From contig JBBRWY010000006.1 in the NCBI GenBank assembly GCA_038248875.1, forward strand, positions 4,094-68,093: a stretch of 64,000 bases of DNA. Reading direction: 5' to 3'. Positions within the stretch are counted from its first letter, which is position 1; the number at the start of each line of letters is the position of its first letter. This DNA is from Treponematales bacterium. Its GTDB lineage: Bacteria > Spirochaetota > Spirochaetia > Treponematales > Treponemataceae. A program made the position numbers and the translations under genes. Under the pieces are notes generated by a model. The model was given only the letters and a program-made list of their open reading frames with translations, ran no database searches and was not told the origin of the DNA. This document shows, piece after piece, positions 17,537 through 28,166 of the stretch.

Positions 17537-18580
17537 TTATGCTTTAATAGCCCAACGGAGGCGTGCTGAACGGGCGCGCGGATTCGCGTATTTTTCGGCA
17601 GCCGTCGGGAAAATCGCCGTTTCGGAAACGGAACTGTAGAGGCCTGCTTCGAATCCTGCCATGAAGGATCCGGTGACGCGGCGATCTTCACCCGAATGGA
17701 AAGTGAGGATAGCGATGCGCCCTCCTTTTTTCATGCACAGGGGAATTTGGGCGAGCAGGGTATCGAGCGCCGAAAATTCTCCATTTACTTCAATCCGGAT
17801 AGCCTGGAAGGTGCGCCTGATTGTTTTTGTAATATCATCTTCGCTTTGGTGCAGGGGAGCGATGGCCGCCGTGACGGCTTCGGCAAGATCCCGGGTGGTG
17901 AGAATTTTTCCGCGGCGCTGGCAACAGACACGGGCAATGGCGGGTGCCTCTTTTTCGTCGGAATTGTCCCGGAGCAGGGCGGCTAGTTTTTTTTCGGGGA
18001 TACGTTCAAGGAGGAGAGCAGCAGAAGCTCCCTTGGACGGATTCATCCTCATATCGAGTGGGCCGTTTCGTTTAAAGGTAAACCCTCGCTCGGGATTGTC
18101 AATCTGCATCGATGACACCCCGAGATCGGCGAGAGCGAGGTCGAAGCCGCCGGGAACGTCAATGGTGAGCAGTTTGGGAAGTCCCGCAAAATTGATATGG
18201 CGGGTGCTGAAATTGTCTTCGGTAAAGCCTTCAGCTCGAAGGCGGGATTCGGTTTTAACGATTTCTATCGGGTCTGCATCAAGGCCCCAGAGCTTACCCC
18301 CGGGCAGGATGGTCTTGAGTATTTCCCGCGAGTGGCCGCCGTAACCAAGGGTGCAGTCAACTGCGATTTCGCCGGGCTGTGGCGCAAGAAATTCGAGGAT
18401 TTCCTGTACACAGATGGGGCGGTGGCTGCCGGCCGGGGTGTCTCCGCGGGCAATCACTTTCTCGATATCCTCGCGGTAGGAATCGGGATTGTGTTCCTTG
18501 TATTTTTCCGAGAAGGTATGGGGATGGGTTCCTTTGTAACGTACGCGTCGTTTGTGTGGTTCGACCGGCTCTTCATTCAT
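17537..18580 (-). CDS. rsmH: 16S rRNA (cytosine1402-N4)-methyltransferase RsmH/MraW
   Basis: DCTLGYGGHS, DLGVSSMQID, ILTFHSGEDRRV. Confidence 0.85.
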   Translation of the reverse strand: MNEEPVEPHKRRVRYKGTHPHTFSEKYKEHNPDSYREDIEKVIARGDTPAGSHRPICVQEILEFLAPQPGEIAVDCTLGYGGHSREILKTILPGGKLWGLDADPIEIVKTESRLRAEGFTEDNFSTRHINFAGLPKLLTIDVPGGFDLALADLGVSSMQIDNPERGFTFKRNGPLDMRMNPSKGASAALLLERIPEKKLAALLRDNSDEKEAPAIARVCCQRRGKILTTRDLAEAVTAAIAPLHQSEDDITKTIRRTFQAIRIEVNGEFSALDTLLAQIPLCMKKGGRIAILTFHSGEDRRVTGSFMAGFEAGLYSSVSETAIFPTAAEKYANPRARSARLRWAIKA

Positions 18581-18650
18581 GAGGATGAGTATTGCATATT
18601 GGTGCGGAATGTGTAATCGCTTTTGGCGATGAATAGGTGTCTGTTTTCGC

Positions 18651-20633
18651 TTATATTGTCTTTACGAAACGGGCGGTGAAGTAGAAAATAGCACCATGGC
18701 CTTGTTCGCTTTTTACCCCGATAGCGCCGCCCATCAGGCCGACCAGTTGTTTCGCGAGCGAGAGCCCTAGGCCGGTTCCGCCGTATTTGCGGGTGAAGGA
18801 ACTGTCGAGCTGGGAAAACGGAAAAAAAAGTTTTTGCTGCTGTTCCGCGGATATACCGATACCGGTATCCTTTATCGAAAAACGAAGCGTTATCGAATCT
18901 GCATCTTCCTTAACTTTTTGTATCCTGAACGTAATACCGCCCATATCGGTAAATTTGACGGCATTGTCGCCGAGGTTTGTACATATTTGTGCAAGTCGAT
19001 CGGCATCGCCATGTAGAAACAGTGGAACATCCGGCTCGAACAGGGTGACAAACTCGAGCTTTTTTTCGGCTGCGCGTGGGGAGAGAGTCGAAGAAATATC
19101 CGCGACAAGTGCATCAAGTGCGAAATCGACCGGTTTGAGTTCGATTTGTTTCATTTCAAGCCGAGAAAAATCGAGCACGCCATTTATAAGCGAAAGGATT
19201 GTCTTTCCGCTTGTACGGAGTAGTTCTGCAAACTGAACCTGTTTGGGATCGAGGTTTCCTGCGAGAAGCAGGTCTGCCATTCCGATAACGCCGTTGAGCG
19301 GCGTACGCATTTCGTGACTCATAGTTGCAAGGAAGGCACTTTTGGCAGAATTTGCGGCTTCCGCTTTTTCCATAAGCGCTTTTGCCTGAATTCCAGCCGC
19401 TTCGAGATGTGTGTTGCTCCGGAGCAGTTCGAGTTCGGTTTCTTTCTGGACCGTGATATCCCAATTTGTTCCGGTCAAATGTTCCGGTGTTCCCCGCTTG
19501 TCATACAGGACCATGGCAAGCGCGCGTATGATGTGAATGCTGCCATCAGGCCAGATTATTCTAAATTCGCACTGGTATTCCTTGGTTCCGTTGATCGCCT
19601 CGTCAAGGGCTTTGATGTGCAGGGTACGATCTTCCTCGTGTATCCGTGCATCCCAGACATCGTTACCAGTGGGAAATTCTGCACGGGTGGCTGCATAGAG
19701 CCGGTACATCTGGTCGTCCCAGTTGACCATTTTGTGCTTGATGTTATAGTCCCAAATGCCGACTCCGCCCGCTCGTGTTGCAAGATTCAGTCGTTCCTTG
19801 GCTGTTTTCAAGTTCTGTTCCGCGGCTTTAAGGTCGGTGATATCGACAAATGATTCCAGCAGTTTTTCGTGGCTGTCTCCCTGAATACTGCTTACCGACT
19901 TGAGTATCGAAACAAGACTGCCGTCGGCGCGGATCAGTGTTTGTTCCTCGTTCTGGACAGTTTGTTTCTGGTCGCAGACGGGGCAAAAACCTTCCGGGGA
20001 CGCACAGAGAAAATGATGGCACCGCCTACCGGTTATTTGGTCCTCCCTGGCTCCAAACATACGAGCCGCATACGGATTGACCTGCTCGATCATTCTTGTT
20101 TCAGGGTCAAGTAGGATTAAGCCAACCGGTATGTTTTCCAGAATGCTTTTATGGATGCGGTTTTTCCGGAGCAGTTCGAGTTCGGTACTTTTTTTTATGG
20201 TGATGTCGGTGAGGATTCCGATAAAACGGGGCGGATTTGCCGGTGAACCACCGATGGCAGTGACTTCACCGGAAATAGAGAGCCATCGGCTCCCTTTTTC
20301 GGGATGCAGATATTCAAAATCCAGGGACGTGTAACCGGATTCGTTCCTGCATTGCATACTTTCTATAATTTTCTGCTGAGTATCGGCCTGGACCCGTGCC
20401 GTCAGTTTCTGCAGGCTTTCACCCCGATTTGAGCCGGTCAGGGCATACCAGACCGAATTAGCTTCAAAATGGTCGATATCTGCGTAATACTCAAAAATGC
20501 CCAGTTCTGCGGACAGGGAGGCTATACGAAGCCGCCTGTTTTCTGCCTCGACCGCCAGGAAATCGGGCGGAAAAAAGGGTTCCGTATCAATTTCTTCCAG
20601 CCGCAGCTCTCCGGTTTCGGGCATTGATTTCAT
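18651..20633 (-). CDS. Multi-PAS sensor histidine kinase (HisKA + HATPase)
   Basis: H-box [41 protein letters not shown]. Several PAS-like blocks upstream. Confidence 0.85.
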   Translation of the reverse strand: MKSMPETGELRLEEIDTEPFFPPDFLAVEAENRRLRIASLSAELGIFEYYADIDHFEANSVWYALTGSNRGESLQKLTARVQADTQQKIIESMQCRNESGYTSLDFEYLHPEKGSRWLSISGEVTAIGGSPANPPRFIGILTDITIKKSTELELLRKNRIHKSILENIPVGLILLDPETRMIEQVNPYAARMFGAREDQITGRRCHHFLCASPEGFCPVCDQKQTVQNEEQTLIRADGSLVSILKSVSSIQGDSHEKLLESFVDITDLKAAEQNLKTAKERLNLATRAGGVGIWDYNIKHKMVNWDDQMYRLYAATRAEFPTGNDVWDARIHEEDRTLHIKALDEAINGTKEYQCEFRIIWPDGSIHIIRALAMVLYDKRGTPEHLTGTNWDITVQKETELELLRSNTHLEAAGIQAKALMEKAEAANSAKSAFLATMSHEMRTPLNGVIGMADLLLAGNLDPKQVQFAELLRTSGKTILSLINGVLDFSRLEMKQIELKPVDFALDALVADISSTLSPRAAEKKLEFVTLFEPDVPLFLHGDADRLAQICTNLGDNAVKFTDMGGITFRIQKVKEDADSITLRFSIKDTGIGISAEQQQKLFFPFSQLDSSFTRKYGGTGLGLSLAKQLVGLMGGAIGVKSEQGHGAIFYFTARFVKTI

Positions 20634-20644
20634 GGTTGTGCCGT

Positions 20645-21040
20645 TCAGGTTATCAGGTGGAGGGATTCAAGGCTTTCCCGCAGTTTTTCTTTTTCGATGG
20701 GTTTGACGAGGTATAAGTCGCATTGCTCCCTGAATGCGCTCATGATATTCACCTTGTCGTCGAGGGCTGTCGTCATGATGATTTTTACCCCATCGCTCGA
20801 TAAAATACCGGCTTTGTTTTCGATTTCGCGGATATGTTTTAAGGCTGTCTGGCCGTCCATTTCGGGCATCATGATATCGAGACATACCAGATTGTAGGGC
20901 TTACCCGAAGCGAGAGCGACGCTAAAAGCTTCTACTGCTTCTTTTCCGTTGACACTGATGTGGCATTCTCCATGGGGCTGTAACAGACTTTGCAACAGAA
21001 GCCTGCTGGTAAAATCATCCTCGACAATTAGAGCTTTCAT
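20645..21040 (-). CDS. Single-domain response regulator
   Basis: [16 protein letters not shown]...[13 protein letters not shown]...YLVKPI. Lies 11 nt upstream of the kinase gene. Confidence 0.85.
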   Translation of the reverse strand: MKALIVEDDFTSRLLLQSLLQPHGECHISVNGKEAVEAFSVALASGKPYNLVCLDIMMPEMDGQTALKHIREIENKAGILSSDGVKIIMTTALDDKVNIMSAFREQCDLYLVKPIEKEKLRESLESLHLIT

Positions 21041-21181
21041 AAAAACTGTCCCTCCTGACGAAATAAACTATAAATCATTTGCTTTTATTATGCCAATTAT
21101 CTCGTATTTATTGTTGTTTTTAACAAGATCAATGCACTATATTTCTAACAAGTATTTTATTGTAAAAAGGAGTGTTCTACT

Positions 21182-22669
21182 GTGATGGACCTGAATAATC
21201 TGAAAACCGGCAAAAAAATGCTTTTCGGCTTCGGTTTGATAATAGTGCTGTTAACCGGTATTTCCGCGGTTGCCTGGACACAATTGTCGCGGATAAATAC
21301 CCGCATGGATGAAACGCTTGCCGATTCAGCACAGATTGTCCTTATCAAAGATTTAGAAATCTACGTAAACCAGGTCTACCAGGAACTTTTCGGCCTAGTT
21401 TCCGTACGCCAGATGGTTGAAAAACAGACACATTTGTCTGCCCTCGGGGAAGCACGAAAAAAATATCGTGAAGTGATGAATACCCTCCAGACTTCCGATT
21501 CAGATCCTGATAGCATGGAGTTGCTCAAGATTCTGGACGGACATCTTGTTTCGGCCGTGGAACTTAACAATTCGTTAGTCGACCTGGCCCTTGCTGCGGA
21601 CTATGAGGATGAGTATGCCATCGACCTCTTCAATACAAAGGCAATTACGTATCGGATGCAAAATATCGAACCGGCACTCAACGCCATTATCGAGAATCGT
21701 CAAAAGAAAATTGATGACTCCGACCAGGAAGCAGAAAGAGGGTTCCTGTTTGGCCGATTGGTTCTTGCGGTAGGATTCCTTATATCACTTGCGATTTCGC
21801 TTTTGGTAGCCCTCGTAATTACTCGTAATATCGTTGAAATTCAGAATCATATCGAAAAGCTCAATACCCTTGTCGAAACTCAGTCTTCCTCGGTAGCCGA
21901 TTCCTCGTCTTCAACAGAAGAGATGGTTGCCAATATTAAGTCCGTCGTTCGCATTCTGCAGACGAACTTCGTGTCGATGGAATCCCTCGTACGCGCGTCC
22001 GAATCCGGTAAGGACGGCATACTCAACGTTTCCAATTCGATGATCAGTATCGAAAAAGATTCCGACGGGCTTTTAGACGCTGTCGAGGTTATACAGAACA
22101 TAGCGAGTCAGACGAACCTCTTAGCCATGAACGCTGCAATAGAAGCTGCACATGCCGGTGCGTCAGGGAAGGGCTTCGCTGTCGTAGCTGATGAAATCCG
22201 GAAACTGGCGGAAAATTCCGCTTCCGAGGGCAAAAAGATAGCCACGGTACTTACCACTCTCAAACAGCAGATAAATACGGTAACGATCAGTTCGGGAAAG
22301 ACCACAGAAGAATTCAACAATATTCTCAAACTCCTCGACGAGGTACGTAACCAGGAAACAGTTATCAAGAATGCAATGGAAGAACAGGATATCGGTAGTT
22401 CTCGGGTTCTTGACGCAATGAATCAAATAAATGATATAACCTTGCAGGTTAAGAACGGCTCTGCACAGATGCGGGCCGGAAGTAAGGAAGTGCTGGACGA
22501 AATGAACCGTCTTGCTGGAATTTCCGGTGAAATGGGAAGCGGTATGACCGAGATTGCCGCCGGTACGGACCAGATAAACGCCACGATACAGAATGTTAAC
22601 GAGATTACCCAAAGTACCAAGAGCAGTATCTCCCAATTGTCTCAAGAAGTTATAAAGTTCAAACTGTAA
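21182..22669 (+). CDS. Transmembrane methyl-accepting chemotaxis protein
   Basis: [42 protein letters not shown]-terminal TM, a four-helix-bundle-like sensor and a second TM. AAAGGAG lies 9 nt before the GTG at 21182 (an ATG at 21185 is the alternative start). Confidence 0.9.
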   Translation: MMDLNNLKTGKKMLFGFGLIIVLLTGISAVAWTQLSRINTRMDETLADSAQIVLIKDLEIYVNQVYQELFGLVSVRQMVEKQTHLSALGEARKKYREVMNTLQTSDSDPDSMELLKILDGHLVSAVELNNSLVDLALAADYEDEYAIDLFNTKAITYRMQNIEPALNAIIENRQKKIDDSDQEAERGFLFGRLVLAVGFLISLAISLLVALVITRNIVEIQNHIEKLNTLVETQSSSVADSSSSTEEMVANIKSVVRILQTNFVSMESLVRASESGKDGILNVSNSMISIEKDSDGLLDAVEVIQNIASQTNLLAMNAAIEAAHAGASGKGFAVVADEIRKLAENSASEGKKIATVLTTLKQQINTVTISSGKTTEEFNNILKLLDEVRNQETVIKNAMEEQDIGSSRVLDAMNQINDITLQVKNGSAQMRAGSKEVLDEMNRLAGISGEMGSGMTEIAAGTDQINATIQNVNEITQSTKSSISQLSQEVIKFKL

Positions 22670-22686
22670 CTAATGGAGCTGAATGC

Positions 22687-23055
22687 ATGAAAAAGGTACT
22701 AGTTGTCGATGACTCTGCCATAGGCCGCGAGATTGTAACCCGGGTGCTTGGTGCGAAGTACGAAGTGATTAAAGCCGCTAGCGGTGAGGAAGCACTCCGT
22801 AAAATCGCCGAAACTTCGCCTGATTTGGTGATTCTCGATCTTCTCATGCCCGAGATGGATGGTTTTGCCGTGCTTTCACGTCTGAAAGAAACCGGAAATT
22901 GTGTGCCGGTGTTTGTTCTCTCTGCGGATATTCAGAAATCGACGCGAAGCAGGGTTATCGAATTGGGAGCCGTGGATCTGATCAACAAGCCGGTCGACCC
23001 CGAAACGCTCCGTTCCAGTGTGATGAACATTCTGGGTACCCAAAGGGAAGACTAG
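22687..23055 (+). CDS. CheY-like response regulator
   Basis: VLVVDDSAIGREI...LVILDLLMPEMDG...LINKPV. Confidence 0.85.
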   Translation: MKKVLVVDDSAIGREIVTRVLGAKYEVIKAASGEEALRKIAETSPDLVILDLLMPEMDGFAVLSRLKETGNCVPVFVLSADIQKSTRSRVIELGAVDLINKPVDPETLRSSVMNILGTQRED

Positions 23056-23057
23056 AT

Positions 23058-23663
23058 ATGAACGAAGATACACGAGTACTTGATGCCCTGGCCGAAATCA
23101 TGAATATCGGAGTTGGTAAGGCTGCCGCAATAATGAACACCATGCTCGATAGCCATGTTTCGCTCACTGTTCCCGTTGTCCGGCTTTTAACCGTCGAAAA
23201 ACTGCGGCAGGAAACAGTATTTCCATCCGAAGTTGCTTTTTCTGCCATAGAAATGAAATATGCGGGTGCCTTCAACGGTTTTGTAGAGCTCGTCTTCGAT
23301 ATGGTCTCTGCTGGGAAACTCGTCGATCGGCTTTCCGGGATCGACAGCATGCCTGTAGATGATTTTGACTCCTTGCGTTCGGGAACGCTGTGTGAAATTG
23401 GCAACATCGTGATCAATGCCGTGCTCGGTACGATGGCTAATATTCTCGACGTGTCACTTTCTTTTTCAGTTCCCTTTTATCATGAGGGCAAAGGAAGCGA
23501 TTTTGTGGAGGATTTCAGGGTGGATTCTGGTTCGATGGTTCTTTTGACAAAAACGACCTTTACCATTAGTGAACTATCGGTTACGGGTGATTTCGCGGTG
23601 TTCTTTTCCTTTTCAACCTACGAAAGTCTGCGTCGCGGTTTGCTGCATATTGGTCAGGTGTAG
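23058..23663 (+). CDS. cheC: CheC-family CheY-P phosphatase
   Basis: Start trimmed to MNEDTRVLDALAEIMNIGVGKAAAIM (ATG at 23058). Two ExxN motifs are present (EIMN and, in GTLCEIGNIVINAVLG, EIGN). Confidence 0.75.
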   Translation: MNEDTRVLDALAEIMNIGVGKAAAIMNTMLDSHVSLTVPVVRLLTVEKLRQETVFPSEVAFSAIEMKYAGAFNGFVELVFDMVSAGKLVDRLSGIDSMPVDDFDSLRSGTLCEIGNIVINAVLGTMANILDVSLSFSVPFYHEGKGSDFVEDFRVDSGSMVLLTKTTFTISELSVTGDFAVFFSFSTYESLRRGLLHIGQV

Positions 23664-23666
23664 CAC

Positions 23667-24725
23667 ATGCCTGCCTATACACTTATTGATAAAATCCCCA
23701 TCGGTCTGTTCCTGATTACTCCGAATTTCGAAGTGAAGATGTGGAATTCCTGCTTCGAAGATTGGACCGGCATCACCCGACAGGAAGTGCTCGGTAAGGA
23801 TATTAGAGATATTTTTCCACGCTTGCGAGAAATGCGTTACCATACACGCCTGATAAAGCTGTTTGAGGATGGCTTGCCGATTGTGTTATCCTACCAACTG
23901 AACGGTGATATTTTTTCGTCCAATTCGAAGGATCATCCTGATCGGATTCATCATACCACTATAACTGCTGTTCCCGGAGAAAACGGTCCGCTCGCCCTTT
24001 TTGCAATCGAGGACCGTACCGAGGTTGCCATGCGCACCAGGGTCGCACGCGTTGAACTTTTGATGCGCTACGAGGTCGAAAAAGAGCTGCGTGCCGCCCT
24101 CGACGAAAAGAACACGTTGATGAACGAGCTGAACCATCGGGTTAAAAATAACCTGAATATGGTTCGAAGCCTTATTTCTCTCGAAATCGACAGTGTAGAG
24201 GACGCTCATTCACGCGACGTGTTTCAGGATTTGGAAGTGCGGATTTCGTCGATTGCGCTGCTGCACGAAATGCTCTACAAGACCGATATCGGCTTGGGAA
24301 TCAGCCTCGACGGCTACCTTGAATCCCTGTGCCGCACCATTTTTACCACCTTTTTATCGGGAGAGCGGGGAATCGTCCTAGACCTGAACTTATCGCCGGT
24401 ACGGGTTTCGACTGATATTACCCTGCATGTTGGCCTGATCGTGTCAGAGCTGATGACTAATTCTATAAAGTACGGCATGAAGGACCGCACTGAAGGCACC
24501 TTGTCGGTTATCCTCGGCACTGCGAACGAAATTCTTTCTCTCGAGGTTGCCGATGACGGTCCCGGATTTCCCGCAGATTTTGACATAAGCCGCACTGTTT
24601 CGCTTGGTATGAAGCTTGTGTACATGATAACCCGACAAATGAAAGGTACCTTCGAATTATGCGCCGGTCCGGGTTCCCGCATCCGTATTTCAATCCCCTT
24701 AACTGGCTCACATATAAAACCCTGA
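23667..24725 (+). CDS. PAS sensor kinase with a HisKA_2-type phosphoacceptor
   Basis: PAS block (FEDWTGITRQEVLGKDI), H-box LNHRVKNNLNMVRSLISLE, SELMTNSIKYG, DDGPGFP. Confidence 0.8.
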   Translation: MPAYTLIDKIPIGLFLITPNFEVKMWNSCFEDWTGITRQEVLGKDIRDIFPRLREMRYHTRLIKLFEDGLPIVLSYQLNGDIFSSNSKDHPDRIHHTTITAVPGENGPLALFAIEDRTEVAMRTRVARVELLMRYEVEKELRAALDEKNTLMNELNHRVKNNLNMVRSLISLEIDSVEDAHSRDVFQDLEVRISSIALLHEMLYKTDIGLGISLDGYLESLCRTIFTTFLSGERGIVLDLNLSPVRVSTDITLHVGLIVSELMTNSIKYGMKDRTEGTLSVILGTANEILSLEVADDGPGFPADFDISRTVSLGMKLVYMITRQMKGTFELCAGPGSRIRISIPLTGSHIKP

Positions 24726-24777
24726 GAAGTGTTTTTATGGTGCAGTCAAGCTGATTTTCGCGTATACTAGGTGGACT

Positions 24778-27700
24778 ATGCGTCGTATTCTTTGTTTGCT
24801 CATCACAACTGTATCCCTTTTCCTGTTTGCCCCGACAACGTTGCATGCTGAATATGCACAGTTTTCGGTGCCTTCGACGGAATGGGAAGCTGGTGGTACT
24901 GTTGAACTGAAAACTGCCTGGGACTTTTACTGGGATCGATTGATCGAGCCTGAGGAATTCGTGGGCGATCCGGTGTTGGATGGACTGAAATCAGACCGAA
25001 AATTGGTTCCCGGTTTCTGGACGTACGACTCGTATCCTGTATATGGCAAAGCAACTCTCCGGCTTCTCTGCCGCAGCGATGTTCCTTTTCCCGATGCTAT
25101 GTCCTTGGGTTTTTATTCGATTTATTCGGCATACCGACTCTATGTGAACGGCCAGCTGGTCGCAGAAATGGGTACCCTTGGTGATTCTGCTGCAACCGAG
25201 ACCGGACGCGCTCCGAGAACTACCGTGTATTTTACGACGCAAAGTGCAAAAACACTCGATATTGTGCTCCAAATAAGCAATCATTCGTATTCAAATATCG
25301 GTGGTATCGGCGGTCCACCTGTTCTTGGCAGCCAAAAGGTGCTCGAGCAGAAACAATACCGCGAAAACCTTGTAGATCTGCTCGTGGCAGGTTCGCTCGG
25401 CTTCATGGGAATATATTTAATTACATTGTTTTTATTCAGGCGTAAAGACCGTTCTCCGCTCTACCTGGGTCTTTTTGCTCTCTCGCTCGTCATGCGGCAA
25501 CTCATGATATCCGGTGGCAAGAGCATTTTTCTGATTGTCCCCTTCATGGATGTAGTTCTCTGGGACCACCTGCAGCCACTGGCTATTTACCCCCTCCTGC
25601 CGCTTTTGATTTTATATGTGGTTACCCTTTTCCCTCATCCGAGGCAGCGAATCCCGGTGTTTTTTTTCTGCACCGAGTCGGTGGTGCTGATGTTCCTGTA
25701 CTACATGCCTGTTTCGATTGCGGTGCAGGACGTTTTTGTCTTGATACGCGATGTCTGCATGTTGTTCGGGCTCCTGTACGTCTTTTGGGTTTGTCTTATT
25801 GCCTGGCGAAAAAAACACAGCGAGTCGGGTCTCGTCGCCTTAGGCATGGTTTTGGTGATCATATTGGGTGTCAATGATGTACTAAACTCGATGAAAATTA
25901 TCAACACCAACTACTACATTACTTTCGGTGTGTGGTTTTTTCTGTTGTTCCAGTCGATCATCCTTGCACGCAGGTTTTCTCGCGCCTTCCAGTCGGTAGA
26001 GGATCTATCCCGGTCCCTCGCAGAAAAAACACAGACACTGCTTGAACTGGACGTGTTGAAAGACGAATTTCTTGCCAACACCACTCACGAACTCAAGACC
26101 CCCCTCAACGGTATCATCGGGATTACCGAGAGCCTTTCATCCGGTGATCTCGGTGATCTTTCGTCGGAACAGAAACGACAACTAAATCTGGTGGCTACCA
26201 GTGGTCGTAGACTTTTTACGATGGTAAACGACATCCTCGATTTTTCGAAAATCCGAAAAAACAAGATGCGTTTTTATCCGGTTGATCTCGATTTTCTGGA
26301 AGTCGCAAAACCGATCTGCGAAGTGTTTTCGGGCGAAACCCAGAAACGGGGCCTCTTTCTCGAAAATAATGTCGCTTCCGATCTGCCGCATCTGTTGGCC
26401 GATCCAGCCCGGCTCGAACAAATTTTGTACAATCTGCTGGGGAACGCGCTGAAATTTACCCCCAAGGGCGGCATTACATTGAGCGCGGGAACCGACGGCA
26501 GCTTTTTCTGGTTCTGCGTTGAGGATACCGGTATTGGCATCCCGCAAGAAAAACAGGAACTGATCTTCGAGTCCTTTCAGCAAGCGGATGGCAGCATTTC
26601 GCGCAAATTCGGCGGAACTGGTCTCGGACTGACCATAACTAAAAATCTTGTGGAAATCCAGCAGGGCATCATTACGGTCGCATCGAAGGAAGGGGAGGGC
26701 TCCCGTTTTACCGTGTACCTGCCTCTTGCTGACACCGCCTCTGGCTCTGATACTCCGCTGTACGAAGATGCGCGCGGGGACGAAGGCCTCGAGATGCTTC
26801 CCGAAATTGGTTCGCCTACCGAAATGATCACGGCTTTTCCTTCCCTCCCGAAAGGTGATGAGAGCATTCCGCTTGTGTTCATTGTTGATGACGAGCCGAT
26901 CAACCTGCAGGTGCTGCAGAACTTCCTTGCCGGTAGCCAGTATCGGGTAACGGTGGCCGGTGATGGCAAGACTGCAATCCGGCTTATCCGGGAAGGACTC
27001 AACCCGGACATTCTGCTCCTTGATATTATGATGCCCGGTATTTCCGGCTATGAGGTGCTCGAAGATTTGCGCAAAACCTATCTGCCGGTCGAACTACCAG
27101 TTCTGCTTTTGACCGCTAAAAATCAGACCCATGACATCGTCGCCGGATTTGCCCTGGGTGCCAACGACTACCTGACAAAGCCTTTTTCGCGGGAAGAATT
27201 GCTGGCGCGCATCCGGGCTCATATCGGGCTTAAGAAGATAAACAATGCATACAATTGTTTTGTTCCGCGCGAGTTTATCAACCTGTTGGGCAAGGAAAGC
27301 TTGCTGGACCTGCGTCTGGGTACCCAGATTCAGCGAGACATGACGGTGTTGTTTTCGGATATCCGCTCTTTTGCCGCCTTTTCCGAACACATGACACCGG
27401 GAGAAAGCTTCAGTTTTATCAATTCGTATCTCAGCCGCTTTGGACCGATCATCCGGCAGCACGGCGGTTTTGTCGACAAGTATATCGGGGACGGCATTAT
27501 GGCTCTGTTTCCGGGCAAGCCTGCCGATGCTTTGCTGGCAACCGCCGAGATGCGAAATCAGCTAGGCGTGTATAACGAACATCTGGTTAATACCGGGTAT
27601 GTGCCCATCGAGTTCGGCATCGGTATCCATACGGGTTCGGTGGTTATGGGCACTGTCGGTGAGGCTCAACGTATGGACACAACCGTCATGTCGGATGTGG

Positions 27701-28080
27701 TTAACTTGTCCTCGCGGCTCGAAACCCTCACGAAGCTCCTAAAAACGAAGGTGCTTGTCACGAACAACTGCCTCGAAAATTTCTCGGGTTTGCCATCGCG
27801 GTATGTGGGAAAAGTGAAAGTGAAGGGAAAAACTGTTCTGGTTGATGTGTCCGAATTGCTGTTTGAAGATGAAAAAATCGCTTCGCTCTCGCTGTTCGTG
27901 CAGGGCATGCAGGCGTACGAATCGCGGGATTTTGCAACAGCTGCAGCCTTGTTCCGCTCTGTCATCCAGCTCCATCCCCAGGATTTTATTGCCGATCTCT
28001 ACCGAAAGAAATCGGAGGACAGCCTCGTCAATCCGCCGCTTACCGACGCCCTGCAGTTCATCGACATGGAGCATATCTAG
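24778..28080 (+). CDS. 7TMR-DISM-type receptor - HisKA/HATPase - REC - class III nucleotidyl cyclase (1100 aa)
   Basis: Signal peptide, a ~190-aa extracellular domain and about 7 TM helices. H-box THELKTPLNGIIG; DTGIGIP, GGTGLGL. Receiver VFIVDDEPINL...LLLDIMMPGISG...YLTKPF. Cyclase blocks MTVLFSDIRSFAAFSE, FVDKYIGDGIMALFPG, IGIHTGSVVMGTVGE, MSDVVNLSSRLE. Confidence 0.85.
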   Translation: MRRILCLLITTVSLFLFAPTTLHAEYAQFSVPSTEWEAGGTVELKTAWDFYWDRLIEPEEFVGDPVLDGLKSDRKLVPGFWTYDSYPVYGKATLRLLCRSDVPFPDAMSLGFYSIYSAYRLYVNGQLVAEMGTLGDSAATETGRAPRTTVYFTTQSAKTLDIVLQISNHSYSNIGGIGGPPVLGSQKVLEQKQYRENLVDLLVAGSLGFMGIYLITLFLFRRKDRSPLYLGLFALSLVMRQLMISGGKSIFLIVPFMDVVLWDHLQPLAIYPLLPLLILYVVTLFPHPRQRIPVFFFCTESVVLMFLYYMPVSIAVQDVFVLIRDVCMLFGLLYVFWVCLIAWRKKHSESGLVALGMVLVIILGVNDVLNSMKIINTNYYITFGVWFFLLFQSIILARRFSRAFQSVEDLSRSLAEKTQTLLELDVLKDEFLANTTHELKTPLNGIIGITESLSSGDLGDLSSEQKRQLNLVATSGRRLFTMVNDILDFSKIRKNKMRFYPVDLDFLEVAKPICEVFSGETQKRGLFLENNVASDLPHLLADPARLEQILYNLLGNALKFTPKGGITLSAGTDGSFFWFCVEDTGIGIPQEKQELIFESFQQADGSISRKFGGTGLGLTITKNLVEIQQGIITVASKEGEGSRFTVYLPLADTASGSDTPLYEDARGDEGLEMLPEIGSPTEMITAFPSLPKGDESIPLVFIVDDEPINLQVLQNFLAGSQYRVTVAGDGKTAIRLIREGLNPDILLLDIMMPGISGYEVLEDLRKTYLPVELPVLLLTAKNQTHDIVAGFALGANDYLTKPFSREELLARIRAHIGLKKINNAYNCFVPREFINLLGKESLLDLRLGTQIQRDMTVLFSDIRSFAAFSEHMTPGESFSFINSYLSRFGPIIRQHGGFVDKYIGDGIMALFPGKPADALLATAEMRNQLGVYNEHLVNTGYVPIEFGIGIHTGSVVMGTVGEAQRMDTTVMSDVVNLSSRLETLTKLLKTKVLVTNNCLENFSGLPSRYVGKVKVKGKTVLVDVSELLFEDEKIASLSLFVQGMQAYESRDFATAAALFRSVIQLHPQDFIADLYRKKSEDSLVNPPLTDALQFIDMEHI

Positions 28081-28166
28081 CACAGAACGTGATTCTATTG
28101 TCCAAGCACACAAAAGGGCATATACTGGTTTTTCCCGGGCTATCTGCCCGTTTCAAGGAGATTCAA

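Noticed and set aside
17458-17691. N-terminal 78-codon extension of the CheA ORF (ORF-track start 17691)
   Set aside because: The extension overlaps the 3' end of rsmH and is basic, low-complexity sequence. The HPt domain begins right after the internal MPKSIDDE start at 17457. The 79-nt gap to rsmH is AT-rich and promoter-like.
17537-18580. rsmH sitting outside a dcw (mraZ-ftsL-ftsI) context, as a possible rearrangement marker
   Set aside because: The gene is intact with all motifs. Loss of dcw synteny for rsmH is common, and nothing in the flanks suggests mobility.
22899-23057. Upstream extension of the CheC ORF
   Set aside because: It overlaps the 3' end of the CheY gene in another frame. 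The CheC homology starts at the ATG at 23058.
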